From contig DASWLM010000021.1 in NCBI GenBank assembly GCA_036396095.1, positions 9,071-73,070 of the forward strand: a DNA stretch of 64,000 bases, written 5' to 3'. The DNA comes from Dehalococcoidales bacterium (lineage in GTDB: Bacteria > Chloroflexota > Dehalococcoidia > Dehalococcoidales > Fen-1064). Shown here piece by piece: positions 1 to 7,347 of the stretch. Position 1 is the first letter of the stretch; each line of letters begins with the position of its first letter. The notes beneath the pieces were generated by a model. That model did not search any database. It was not told the DNA's origin and saw only the letters and a list, made by a program, of their open reading frames with translations. The position numbers and the translations under genes were made by a program.

Positions 1-327
1 CAGAATGCCTATGTTCTTTGTGATGGTTCCACATTTACCTCATATAAGGGGAAGATAACTCTGGTATCTCTGGTTAATAGGCCATCGGCGTCGACTCTAA
101 ACATATATAACGTCTATGCTATTAGTACCGCAAAAGTGAAAACTGCTAAAATAGCGATAGCTGTTGACTTCATAAACTGGCTCATTTCCCCAGAGGTGCA
201 GAAAATTATCGGACAATATGGTGTCAAAGAATTTGGAGGACTGCTATTTAACCCCATAAGTGATGGTGGCTGTACCTATCCAGCTTGTCCTAACTTGACT
301 GACAATATGAAACCAGTTATTCAATAA
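1..327 (+). CDS. ABC transporter substrate-binding protein, C-terminal part (tungstate/molybdate TupA-like); 5' end lies outside the window
   Basis: Frame 1 is open from nt 1 to the TAA at 325-327, so the listed ORF 136..327 is only its tail. It sits directly upstream of the TupB-like permease and ATPase genes. Confidence 0.5.
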   Translation, partial: QNAYVLCDGSTFTSYKGKITLVSLVNRPSASTLNIYNVYAISTAKVKTAKIAIAVDFINWLISPEVQKIIGQYGVKEFGGLLFNPISDGGCTYPACPNLTDNMKPVIQ

Positions 328-355
328 ATCAGTAAAGCGTATTGCATTTGTTTGT

Positions 356-396
356 CTTGGAAGGTCGTCAAGAAGGGCAACCAACGGCCTTCCAAG
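356..396 (+). promoter_or_regulatory. Intercistronic stem-loop between the binding-protein and permease genes
   Basis: 9-bp perfect stem CTTGGAAGG (356-364) / CCTTCCAAG (388-396) with a 23-nt loop. There is no U-run, so this looks like an mRNA-stabilising hairpin rather than a terminator. Confidence 0.35.
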
Positions 397-415
397 ATAG
401 TTTTAAGGTGGTGAC

Positions 416-1102
416 TTGGACGAATTCTTGCAGGGGTTTACCAGAGCATTTCAGCTGATAGTGACACTTGACCCGGAAGTTGTAGAAATTACGGGTAGAA
501 CGCTCGCGATTGCACTTTCTTCATGTCTTATATCGACCATCCTTTGTTTGCCTTTAGGTAGCTTGATTCATTTTAAAAGGTTCCATGGGAAGAGAATTTT
601 AATAAACATAATCCAGACTTTCTACAGCATACCGACTGTGGTCGTCGGTTTGCTTATGTTTGTGCTTTTTTCACGGATGGGACCATTAGGCGTTTTCAAT
701 CTGATGTTTACTCCCACCATCATGGTTATAGGGCAGGTCATTCTGATTTCACCTATAGTATTGGGGCTTGTTATTGCTGCCTTAAGCAATATAGATAAAG
801 GTGTCTTTGAAACCGCGTCTTCGCTGGGCGCCAGCCGGGCTCAAGCGACTTTTCAGGTAATCGAGGAAGCAAGGTATGCCATTCTGTCTGCAGTGACAAT
901 GGGTTTTGGAAGAGCTATTTCGGAAGTAGGTCTGGCTCTCATGGTAGGCGGTAATATAAAGGGATATACCAGAGTACTTACTACCACAATATCGCTGGAA
1001 ACTTCCAAGGGAGATGTCGAACTTTCCATAGCATTAGGCATTATCCTGATTTTTATGGCGTTACTTGTGAATATCGTTCTTAATAGGCTCCAACAAAAGT
1101 GA
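416..1102 (+). CDS. ABC transporter permease, tungstate TupB-like
   Basis: 228 aa, multi-TM. Carries the motif GRAISEVGLALMVGGNIKGYTRVLTTTISLETSKG that I associate with TupB-type permeases. TTG start, in an operon with the ATPase. Confidence 0.75.
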   Translation: MDEFLQGFTRAFQLIVTLDPEVVEITGRTLAIALSSCLISTILCLPLGSLIHFKRFHGKRILINIIQTFYSIPTVVVGLLMFVLFSRMGPLGVFNLMFTPTIMVIGQVILISPIVLGLVIAALSNIDKGVFETASSLGASRAQATFQVIEEARYAILSAVTMGFGRAISEVGLALMVGGNIKGYTRVLTTTISLETSKGDVELSIALGIILIFMALLVNIVLNRLQQK

Positions 1103-1109
1103 GAGACAA

Positions 1110-2192
1110 ATGGCTTTAATTGAAACGGTTAATCTATTCCAGAACTATGATGGCAGGGATGTACTGAAATCTGTCAATCTTAAAATAGATAGGTCTGAGA
1201 TTTTTGCGCTTATCGGGCCAACGGGCGCTGGCAAAACAACGCTGATAAAAATTCTCGACCTGCTCGAGCCTCCTTATTCAGGCACATTATTTTTTAATGG
1301 CATAGATGTAACCACCTCGAAGGTCAAACAGTTAGAAGCCAGACGCCGGATGTCTTACGTCCAGCAAAAACCTCTCGTTTTCACAATGAATGTTTATGAT
1401 AATATTGCCTGCGGTCTCAGGTGGCGTCATATGAAGTCCACTGTCATCAAACAAAAGACAGAGGAAGCTCTGGAGCTAGTAAGTATGACCGAATTCAAAG
1501 GCAGAGATGCTAAAACATTATCCGGTGGTGAGACACAGCGCGTCGCAATTGCTCGTGCCCTGGTGACAGAACCCGAAGTCTTATTCCTCGATGAGCCGAC
1601 GGCGAATATGGACCCGGTCTCCACGGCAAAGATAGAGGAGGTTCTGAGTCATATCATTAATCAGCGGAAAACTACCATCATCATGACGACTCATAACATG
1701 TCTCAGGGACAACGCTTGGCAACCAGGCTGGGTGTGCTGATTAACGGCGCGTTATTGCAGACCGGTAGTGTCTACGACATCTTCAATCAACCTCAAAACA
1801 GAGAGGTGGCGGAGTTTGTTGGAGTTGATAACATCCTTAAAGGTGTTATTGAACAAAAAGATAACGAGCTGGCACGGATTGCCATCAATGGTGAAAGGAT
1901 AACTGCTATCTCGAATCTTGCCGTAGGCGAAACAGTCTATGTGCTTATCAGACCGGAAATCATCGTGTTTTCATTGTCTGGTGAAGCGGGGAGCGCCAGA
2001 AATGTGTTCAAATGTAGAGTGGAAAAGATTAATACGATAGGCTCTCAAGTAAGGATTGAGGCTTCATGCGGATTTCCTCTTATGGGAGTTATTACTACCC
2101 AGGCAGCTCAGGAGCTCAACATATCGATTGGCAAAGATATTTTCGCCAGCTTTAAAGCAACTGCTATCCATGTTATTAAGCGACCACGATAG
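1110..2192 (+). CDS. ABC transporter ATP-binding protein with C-terminal TOBE-like domain (tungstate/molybdate type)
   Basis: Walker A GPTGAGKTT, signature LSGGETQR, Walker B LFLDEPT. About 120 extra C-terminal residues resemble ModC-type TOBE. Confidence 0.85.
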   Translation: MALIETVNLFQNYDGRDVLKSVNLKIDRSEIFALIGPTGAGKTTLIKILDLLEPPYSGTLFFNGIDVTTSKVKQLEARRRMSYVQQKPLVFTMNVYDNIACGLRWRHMKSTVIKQKTEEALELVSMTEFKGRDAKTLSGGETQRVAIARALVTEPEVLFLDEPTANMDPVSTAKIEEVLSHIINQRKTTIIMTTHNMSQGQRLATRLGVLINGALLQTGSVYDIFNQPQNREVAEFVGVDNILKGVIEQKDNELARIAINGERITAISNLAVGETVYVLIRPEIIVFSLSGEAGSARNVFKCRVEKINTIGSQVRIEASCGFPLMGVITTQAAQELNISIGKDIFASFKATAIHVIKRPR

Positions 2193-2315
2193 CAACAACG
2201 AGAGATACTCCAAGTTACAGGATACAAGCTCTACTATCAAGATGCTACCCCCCCCAATTGAATAGCCTCTGCCACTTTATTTTGGATGGCGATTATGGTA
2301 CATTGATTTACGGAT

Positions 2316-2391
2316 AGGAGTGTAGCTCAGTTGGTAGAGCAGTGGTCTCCAAAACCACCGGTCGCGGGTTCGAATCCTGCCACTCCTGCCA
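2316..2391 (+). tRNA. tRNA-Trp (anticodon CCA)
   Basis: Acceptor AGGAGTG/CACTCCT, anticodon stem GTGGT/ACCAC with loop CTCCAAA, T-loop GGTTCGAATCC, encoded CCA end. Confidence 0.9.
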
Positions 2392-2465
2392 CTTGTGGTG
2401 AGCCTTCGGCGTGAGACTTCGGCTGAGCTCAGTCGAACGCTCAGTCGAACGATTGCCGAACCAAT

Positions 2466-2553
2466 GCCGAAGTGGTGGAAGCTGGTAGACACGCCATCTT
2501 GAGGGGGTGGTGGGCGAAAGCCTGTGAGAGTTCAAATCTCTCCTTCGGCACCA
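2466..2553 (+). tRNA. tRNA-Leu (anticodon GAG)
   Basis: Acceptor GCCGAAG/CTTCGGC, anticodon stem CCATC/GGTGG with loop TTGAGGG, long variable arm, T-arm GAGAG-TTCAAAT-CTCTC, encoded CCA. Confidence 0.85.
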
Positions 2554-2567
2554 ATTTAAGATAATAC

Positions 2568-2642
2568 GCGGAAGTAGTTCAGTGGTAGAATGCCTCCTTG
2601 CCAAGGAGGAGGTCGCGAGTTCGAATCTCGTCTTCCGCTCCA
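2568..2642 (+). tRNA. tRNA-Gly (anticodon GCC)
   Basis: Acceptor GCGGAAG/CTTCCGC, anticodon stem CCTCC/GGAGG with loop TTGCCAA, T-loop AGTTCGAATCT, encoded CCA. Confidence 0.9.
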
Positions 2643-2650
2643 GAAGTATT

Positions 2651-2739
2651 GCCGGAGTGGCGGAATTGGCAGACGCGACAGTCTCAAAAACTGTTGAGAG
2701 GCGACTCTCGTGTCGGTTCGACCCCGACCTTCGGCACCA
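2651..2739 (+). tRNA. tRNA-Leu (anticodon CAA)
   Basis: Acceptor GCCGGAG/CTTCGGC (one G-U pair), anticodon stem ACAGT/ACTGT with loop CTCAAAA, long variable arm, GGTTCGACCCC T-arm, encoded CCA. Confidence 0.85.
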
Positions 2740-2774
2740 GTGTTATTCGGGTAACCCCGATTGGTCATAATTAC

Positions 2775-3185
2775 ATGGTACATATGGGTACTAACAATCG
2801 TCCCACGGTTATAAAATCCTGGATCCGATTACTGCTGGTTATCGCCGGGACGGTTTCTGTCGGGCTTGGTATTCTGGGTATTTTTCTGCCGGTTTTACCC
2901 ACCACGCCTTTTCTCTTGCTTGCCGCCGCCTGCTACGCGCGGAGTTCACAGAAACTCTACAGCTGGCTCCTGTATAATAAGTGGTTCGGGAAGTACATTA
3001 GGAACTACATACAGAAAAAGGGTATTCCCTTAACAATAAAAGTCTGGACTATCGGGGTGCTCTGGCTGGCAATCGGGACATCAGCCATATTTGCGGTTGA
3101 AAGCCTGGTTATCCGAGTGGTCTTGGTGGTAATTGCTGTCTGTGTCACGGCGCATCTGTTACTGGTGCCGACTTATAAAGAATAG
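2775..3185 (+). CDS. DUF454/YbaN-like small inner-membrane protein
   Basis: The listed ORF 2598..3185 runs across tRNA genes. The first ATG clear of the tRNAs is at 2775 (residue M60). The product has motifs like LPTTPFLLLAAACYARSS and several TM helices. Confidence 0.65.
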   Translation: MVHMGTNNRPTVIKSWIRLLLVIAGTVSVGLGILGIFLPVLPTTPFLLLAAACYARSSQKLYSWLLYNKWFGKYIRNYIQKKGIPLTIKVWTIGVLWLAIGTSAIFAVESLVIRVVLVVIAVCVTAHLLLVPTYKE

Positions 3186-3224
3186 AAGCTATTAGCTTTC
3201 AGCAATCAGCTATCAGTTCTGGAA

Positions 3225-3280
3225 TATACTACTATCACCACACTGACGGAAGGTCTAGATTTACTCGTAGAAAATTTTGG
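3225..3280. repeat. Degenerate third copy of the promoter-bearing intergenic module (see 4172-4204 and 5448-5505)
   Basis: GGAAGGTCTAGATTTACTCGTAGAAAATT here matches GGAAGGTCTGGATTTACTCGTCGGAAAATT at 5473-5502. The -10 equivalent has decayed. Confidence 0.6.
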
Positions 3281-3334
3281 TTAGGCATGGAATCTGAATC
3301 TGGAATACCAGTCAGTTACTGCCTTAATGACCTG

Positions 3335-4132
3335 CTACCTAACCTCTACTCCCCTTTCCCTGAGTTGAGGAATCGAGACATTGAGCGACTCCTCATTCAA
3401 GGGATTTCCCTCAAGAATCCAGAGGGTACGTAGTTTAGTCAGGGAAATTAATGGCGAGATGTCACTTACCTGGTTGTTAAAGAGCCTTAATGTAATTAGA
3501 TTAGTTAATGAACCCAATGCTTGAATGTCTGTTATCTGGTTGGTTTCAGGACTGCCCATGAGTTCAAGAATGGTTAAGTTGGTTAATGAACCCAGAGGTG
3601 ATACATCGGTTATTCGGTTAAAACTGAGGGAAAGGTATTGAAGATTGGTTAGCGAGGCTAGCGGTGACAAGTCACTAACCTTGTTTGCCATAAGGATGAT
3701 TGAGCTTAGGTTAACCAACGAAGCTAGTGATGAGATGTCGCTGATTTCGTTACGACCAAGACCGAGGTATGTGAGGTTAGTGAGTGATGCTAACGGTGAT
3801 ATGTCCTTTATTTGGTTACCTGTAAGTTCAAGGTCTTCTAGTTTAGTCAGGTTAGCAAGTGGTGAAAGGTCACTAATCTCGTTGCCACCAAGATAAAGTG
3901 AAGTCAGGTTAGAACATTTCTCCAGACCTTTGAGGTTGGTGATATTTCTCTCATTTGCAATAAGTTGGTTAAGTCCCTCTAGGTCTGAGGGATATATTGA
4001 ACCTTCAGGCTTGTTGATAGCTTCTCTGATGGCTGCTTCAAGATTCGGGTCAGGGAACTTGACTGCATTTGAACCACAGCTAACAACAGTCGCCATAATA
4101 GCAACTATGAGAATGCCTATTATTACCTTCAT
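3335..4132 (-). CDS. Leucine-rich-repeat (internalin-like) lipoprotein
   Basis: Signal peptide with lipobox (VVSC). About eight 22-residue repeats of the form LxxLxxLxLxxNxIxDISPLxx. Confidence 0.8.
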   Translation of the reverse strand: MKVIIGILIVAIMATVVSCGSNAVKFPDPNLEAAIREAINKPEGSIYPSDLEGLNQLIANERNITNLKGLEKCSNLTSLYLGGNEISDLSPLANLTKLEDLELTGNQIKDISPLASLTNLTYLGLGRNEISDISSLASLVNLSSIILMANKVSDLSPLASLTNLQYLSLSFNRITDVSPLGSLTNLTILELMGSPETNQITDIQALGSLTNLITLRLFNNQVSDISPLISLTKLRTLWILEGNPLNEESLNVSIPQLRERGVEVR

Positions 4133-4171
4133 TTCAACCTTCCACTTTCAAGTGACTGGAGTCTGTTCCAG

Positions 4172-4200
4172 ATTGTACCACCATAACTGCTTTGTAAGAA
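4172..4200 (-). promoter_or_regulatory. Putative extended -10 promoter of the LRR gene, inside the repeat module
   Basis: The minus strand reads TTCTTA-17 nt-TACAAT with TGg immediately upstream of the -10. It lies 40 nt upstream of the ATG at 4132. The 20-mer TACCACCATAACTGCTTTGT (4176-4195) is identical to 5452-5471. Confidence 0.45.
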
Positions 4201-4273
4201 GGTCAACTGGAATAGGCTTATTATCTCCGGTTATTGTGATAAAAAAGAAGTTTTTAAGTTGGTAAGTATCCAA

Positions 4274-5362
4274 TTAAGCGGATTGGGTAAGTATACTGTC
4301 ATCATTTGTTACCCCTTTTACCCACTCTAGAGCATCAATAGTGATGAAATTCTCGTCAATTAGTTGTGGAAGTGTCTTCCTGTATACATCTTTCACTTTC
4401 TCGTCTCGATTGACGATATGAATTGATGAACCAGGCAATCCAGAGATTGTTTCACTGAAGAGATAGGTAGCTGCAATGTCTGTAATCGGTAATGAATAAC
4501 CGATAAAAGTTACTTTGTCTGCCTGTTTCAAAGCCGTATAAGCTGATGACCAGATAAGTCGAATTATTGGTTGCTCGGTCAATTCACCTTTCACAAGGAC
4601 TGGTGGAATTAAAAATGGATTTGTTGCTATATGACTAGGAATTTTTTCTAATATTTCTTCGTCGATTGGAATCCCATTTTGGTTAGAATAAGGTAGCCAA
4701 GACTCGTAGTGTACGATGGAGTCCAAGGTGAATGGTTTCGTATGCCCAAATCTTGGGAACCAATTTGTGGAACCATGGAGTTTCAATAGCATCATAGAAG
4801 TCTTATCCATTGAGATTATGGTATCTAAAATACAAGAGACCGCAGGGCGACAAAAGAAGCCATAACCTCCATCGGGATGCCAATATGGTACAGGCTGCAA
4901 AGGAATTTGTATTACTCTATTAACGTCAAATAATGCTTTGTCAAACAAATCATCGTGGTTAAATGAGATACATGTTACTCGATTGTCAATACAAAATTTA
5001 GCAAATTTAGTCAATTCCCCAAGAAATACCTTTTGTGTTAGAGCTTCTTTTATTCTGGATAGATAAACTTTTTCAAGGTCAGTATACAATAGACTTAATT
5101 CAGTCTTGTTTTCAATGTCGTGAGGCATACCTGTATGAAGACGAGTGAGTAACCTTTCAATGTTGATTTTATTATCTTGTCTACCACGTTTTTCAGACTC
5201 CAGAATACTCCTAATAAGAGGGAAATTATTAAACTTTTCCAACAAAGTATCAACCCCGTAGTCATCTACCATCAATGGTGCACTCGGACAAAATGCATGG
5301 GTAAAACCTGCACCAAGGACAAATACTTGTCGTGACGGGGTTATTCTCATGGGTAAAGTCAT
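4274..5362 (-). CDS. Stand-alone SIR2-like (SIR2_2-type) protein
   Basis: N-terminal VFVLGAGFTHAF (GAGxS/T-type NAD-binding loop), LLKLHGSTNW (conserved His motif) and VTFIGYSLPITD. Very AT-rich: one line counted by hand at about 28% GC. Confidence 0.6.
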   Translation of the reverse strand: MTLPMRITPSRQVFVLGAGFTHAFCPSAPLMVDDYGVDTLLEKFNNFPLIRSILESEKRGRQDNKINIERLLTRLHTGMPHDIENKTELSLLYTDLEKVYLSRIKEALTQKVFLGELTKFAKFCIDNRVTCISFNHDDLFDKALFDVNRVIQIPLQPVPYWHPDGGYGFFCRPAVSCILDTIISMDKTSMMLLKLHGSTNWFPRFGHTKPFTLDSIVHYESWLPYSNQNGIPIDEEILEKIPSHIATNPFLIPPVLVKGELTEQPIIRLIWSSAYTALKQADKVTFIGYSLPITDIAATYLFSETISGLPGSSIHIVNRDEKVKDVYRKTLPQLIDENFITIDALEWVKGVTNDDSILTQSA

Positions 5363-5424
5363 GGTGAATAATTTCCTTCTGCAAGGGAGAATTTAGGGTC
5401 TCTATCATCATCCCAGATGCTCAT
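5359..5424 (-). CDS. Candidate 21-codon upstream ORF (MSIWDDDRDPKFSLAEGNYSP) coupled to the SIR2-like gene
   Basis: AGGAG lies 6 nt upstream of its ATG (5424-5422). Its TGA overlaps the SIR2-like ATG as ATGA. It is too short for the ORF track. Confidence 0.3.
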   Translation of the reverse strand: MSIWDDDRDPKFSLAEGNYSP

Positions 5425-5447
5425 TATGTACTCCTGAACTTTCAGGC

Positions 5448-5476
5448 ATTATACCACCATAACTGCTTTGTGGGAA
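5448..5476 (-). promoter_or_regulatory. Putative extended -10 promoter of the uORF/SIR2-like transcript, inside the repeat module
   Basis: The minus strand reads TTCCCA-17 nt-TATAAT, preceded by TGg. Confidence 0.45.
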
Positions 5477-5635
5477 GGTCTGGATTTACTCGTCGGAAAA
5501 TTCCAGTTCTTTAACGTGAATTATTAACTAGCCATGTACAATCTTATCAATGATATGGAAAGTTGAGCCAACCAGAAATTGCTTAAAATGTTAAGCAGGG
5601 AATTGATGTCACATGCTATAATAATGAGCGTACCT

Positions 5636-5709
5636 TGCCGCGTTGTGTAGGGGTAGCACAAGGGACTTTGGATCCTTTAGCCCAGGTTCGAATCCTGGCG
5701 CGGCAGCCA
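5636..5709 (+). tRNA. tRNA-Gln (anticodon TTG)
   Basis: Acceptor TGCCGCG/CGCGGCA with discriminator G, anticodon loop CTTTGGA, T-loop GGTTCGAATCC, encoded CCA. Confidence 0.9.
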
Positions 5710-5957
5710 GTTTGGAAGTTTTCCGAACCTTCTTATTGAGAAGAAGGGACTGATTCCACCGCTTTAAGTTTCATTTTCAGAGCAAGTTGTACAAAAGACA
5801 GAACTTTTTCCTTAACTTTCGCCATACCTTAATCGACTAGCCCGAATCCCCGCGGCTCTACCAAATCAACACTCTAATATTGATACAACGAAAAGTCCTT
5901 TATAAATGGGCTTTTCAGCATTTTTAGGCTAAAATGACCATCGCTAAAAGGTCGATT

Positions 5958-5987
5958 TTGCACCTTTGCTTACCCCTTTGCTAAAAT
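5958..5987 (+). promoter_or_regulatory. Putative promoter of the leader-ORF/GNAT transcript
   Basis: TTGCAC-18 nt-TAAAAT, about 40 nt upstream of the leader ORF. Confidence 0.35.
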
Positions 5988-6028
5988 ACATGCACCCGGG
6001 GTGGGCTTTTTTGAAAGGGGGTTATCAC

Positions 6029-6085
6029 ATGAAAAATACAGTTAGAGTTATTTCAAAACATAATAGGAGGGTGACTATACTTTAG
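6029..6085 (+). CDS. Candidate 18-codon leader peptide (MKNTVRVISKHNRRVTIL)
   Basis: The ATG is preceded by AAGGGGG at 7-nt spacing. It contains tandem AGG AGG codons. The stop TAG at 6083-6085 lies inside the hairpin region. Confidence 0.3.
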   Translation: MKNTVRVISKHNRRVTIL

Positions 6086-6104
6086 CCCTCCTGCAAAACA
6101 GGAG
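6065..6104 (+). promoter_or_regulatory. Two mutually exclusive hairpins; the second sequesters the GNAT Shine-Dalgarno (translational attenuator candidate)
   Basis: Hairpin 1 is AGGAGGG (6065-6071) / CCCTCCT (6086-6092). Hairpin 2 is CTCCTG (6088-6093) / CAGGAG (6099-6104). The AGGAG at 6100-6104 lies 9 nt upstream of the TTG start at 6114. Confidence 0.4.
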
Positions 6105-6113
6105 AAAAACACT

Positions 6114-7109
6114 TTGGATAAGCCCCTAATAATTAAACCTTTGGACACAGGCTATTTTGATACCGTAGTTGAGTTAGCTTTAGAAAACTATTTGTTGGAA
6201 AGACATTCAGCAAGAGGTTTGTGTGAGAGAGCCAACAAAAGTTATTTCAGCAAACAGCTTGAAGAATTATTCTCAAAAGGAACAGGCAGAATGGCGTTTG
6301 AGGACAACACGCTCGTTGGGTTCTTAGCTTTTGGCGAGATATTTACTATTAATAAATCAGGTGCGAAAGGAGCAGCTTCACCTTTATGGGGATACGGCAT
6401 AAGACATAATGAGCGCGGAGAGATTATTGGAAGGCTGTTTCAAGATATAGCTGCCGAGCTCTGCGAGAATTTTGCTCAAGGCATGAATGTCAGTGTATAC
6501 GCTCACGATACGGAGGTGCTATGGACGTATATAATGAGTGCATTTTATATGGAACATACGGGTGTTGTGAGAGATGTATCTTCGCCCATAGAAGCGGAAA
6601 TGTCGGATAAGTATTCGTTCAGAGAGGTCGGAAAAAAGGAACTCATTCACCATAAGCACGAAATTGTCGAACTGTATAGGGGTCTTATAAATCATTTACG
6701 CGTGAGTCCGGTATTCTACCATTGTCGGCAATTTCTTCCGATTGAAAATCGCTTCGATGATTTCCTTAAAAACGATATGCGGGTTTTTGCTGTATTTGAT
6801 AGCAACAGACTGGTTGGCATGATAGATTCCGAACCGATAAACTGGGGATTTACTGTAGATGATACGGAAGCGCTTAGTATGGGTGATATTTTCATAGAAC
6901 CTGCTTATCGGGGGAGCGGCATAGCTATTGCTTTGTTAAAGTTTGCCAACGACGAGTTGAAAAGCAATGGTGTAAAACGATTGTTCGTAATGCATGGAAC
7001 GATAAATCCTAGCGCACGCGGATTTTGGGATAAATACTTCACGAATTATTCCTATACAATGTCGAGATTGATTGACCCTGATATGTTGGGAACAATTAAA
7101 CCTGTATAA
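6114..7109 (+). CDS. GNAT-family N-acetyltransferase (two-lobed, 331 aa)
   Basis: C-terminal acetyl-CoA motif IFIEPAYRGSGIAIALLKFANDEL. TTG start. Substrate unknown. Confidence 0.65.
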   Translation: MDKPLIIKPLDTGYFDTVVELALENYLLERHSARGLCERANKSYFSKQLEELFSKGTGRMAFEDNTLVGFLAFGEIFTINKSGAKGAASPLWGYGIRHNERGEIIGRLFQDIAAELCENFAQGMNVSVYAHDTEVLWTYIMSAFYMEHTGVVRDVSSPIEAEMSDKYSFREVGKKELIHHKHEIVELYRGLINHLRVSPVFYHCRQFLPIENRFDDFLKNDMRVFAVFDSNRLVGMIDSEPINWGFTVDDTEALSMGDIFIEPAYRGSGIAIALLKFANDELKSNGVKRLFVMHGTINPSARGFWDKYFTNYSYTMSRLIDPDMLGTIKPV

Positions 7110-7174
7110 ATCTGCAACAGCTAAAACTTAATCTGCTTATTACATGTTAGCAATTTGTTAGCAAAAACAGAATA

Positions 7175-7203
7175 GCCCTCGAAATCTTAACGAAATCGAG
7201 GGC
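7175..7203 (+). terminator. Putative terminator hairpin downstream of the GNAT gene
   Basis: 8-bp stem GCCCTCGA/TCGAGGGC with a 13-nt loop, followed by TATTT, which is a weak U-tract. Confidence 0.4.
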
Positions 7204-7347
7204 TATTTAGCTTCAAAAATTGGTAGTGGGAGTTAGCTTCGAACCAATAACCTCAGCATCGTGGAACGACAGCTAAATCTCCTCCCTACAAATTCTTCTG
7301 TTTGACCTTAATTGGTTCCTTTCGCCTGTAGTATCTATTGCTACGTG

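Noticed and set aside
2428-2451. Exact tandem duplication CTCAGTCGAACG x2 in the 74-nt spacer between tRNA-Trp and tRNA-Leu.
   Set aside because: The duplication is real, but it is tiny. It is most simply replication slippage in a processed spacer, with no evident function.
2277-2783. Listed ORFs 2277..2492(-), 2308..2604(-), 2556..2783(-), 2582..2770(+) and the first 59 codons of 2598..3185(+).
   Set aside because: They run straight through four well-formed tRNA genes. I treat them as non-coding and start the YbaN-like CDS at the first ATG after the tRNAs (2775).
5591-5622. Promoter for tRNA-Gln(TTG): a TATAAT at 5617-5622.
   Set aside because: No acceptable -35 lies at 16-18-nt spacing. 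TTAAGC is 20 nt away and TTGATG is 8 nt away. I left it unannotated.
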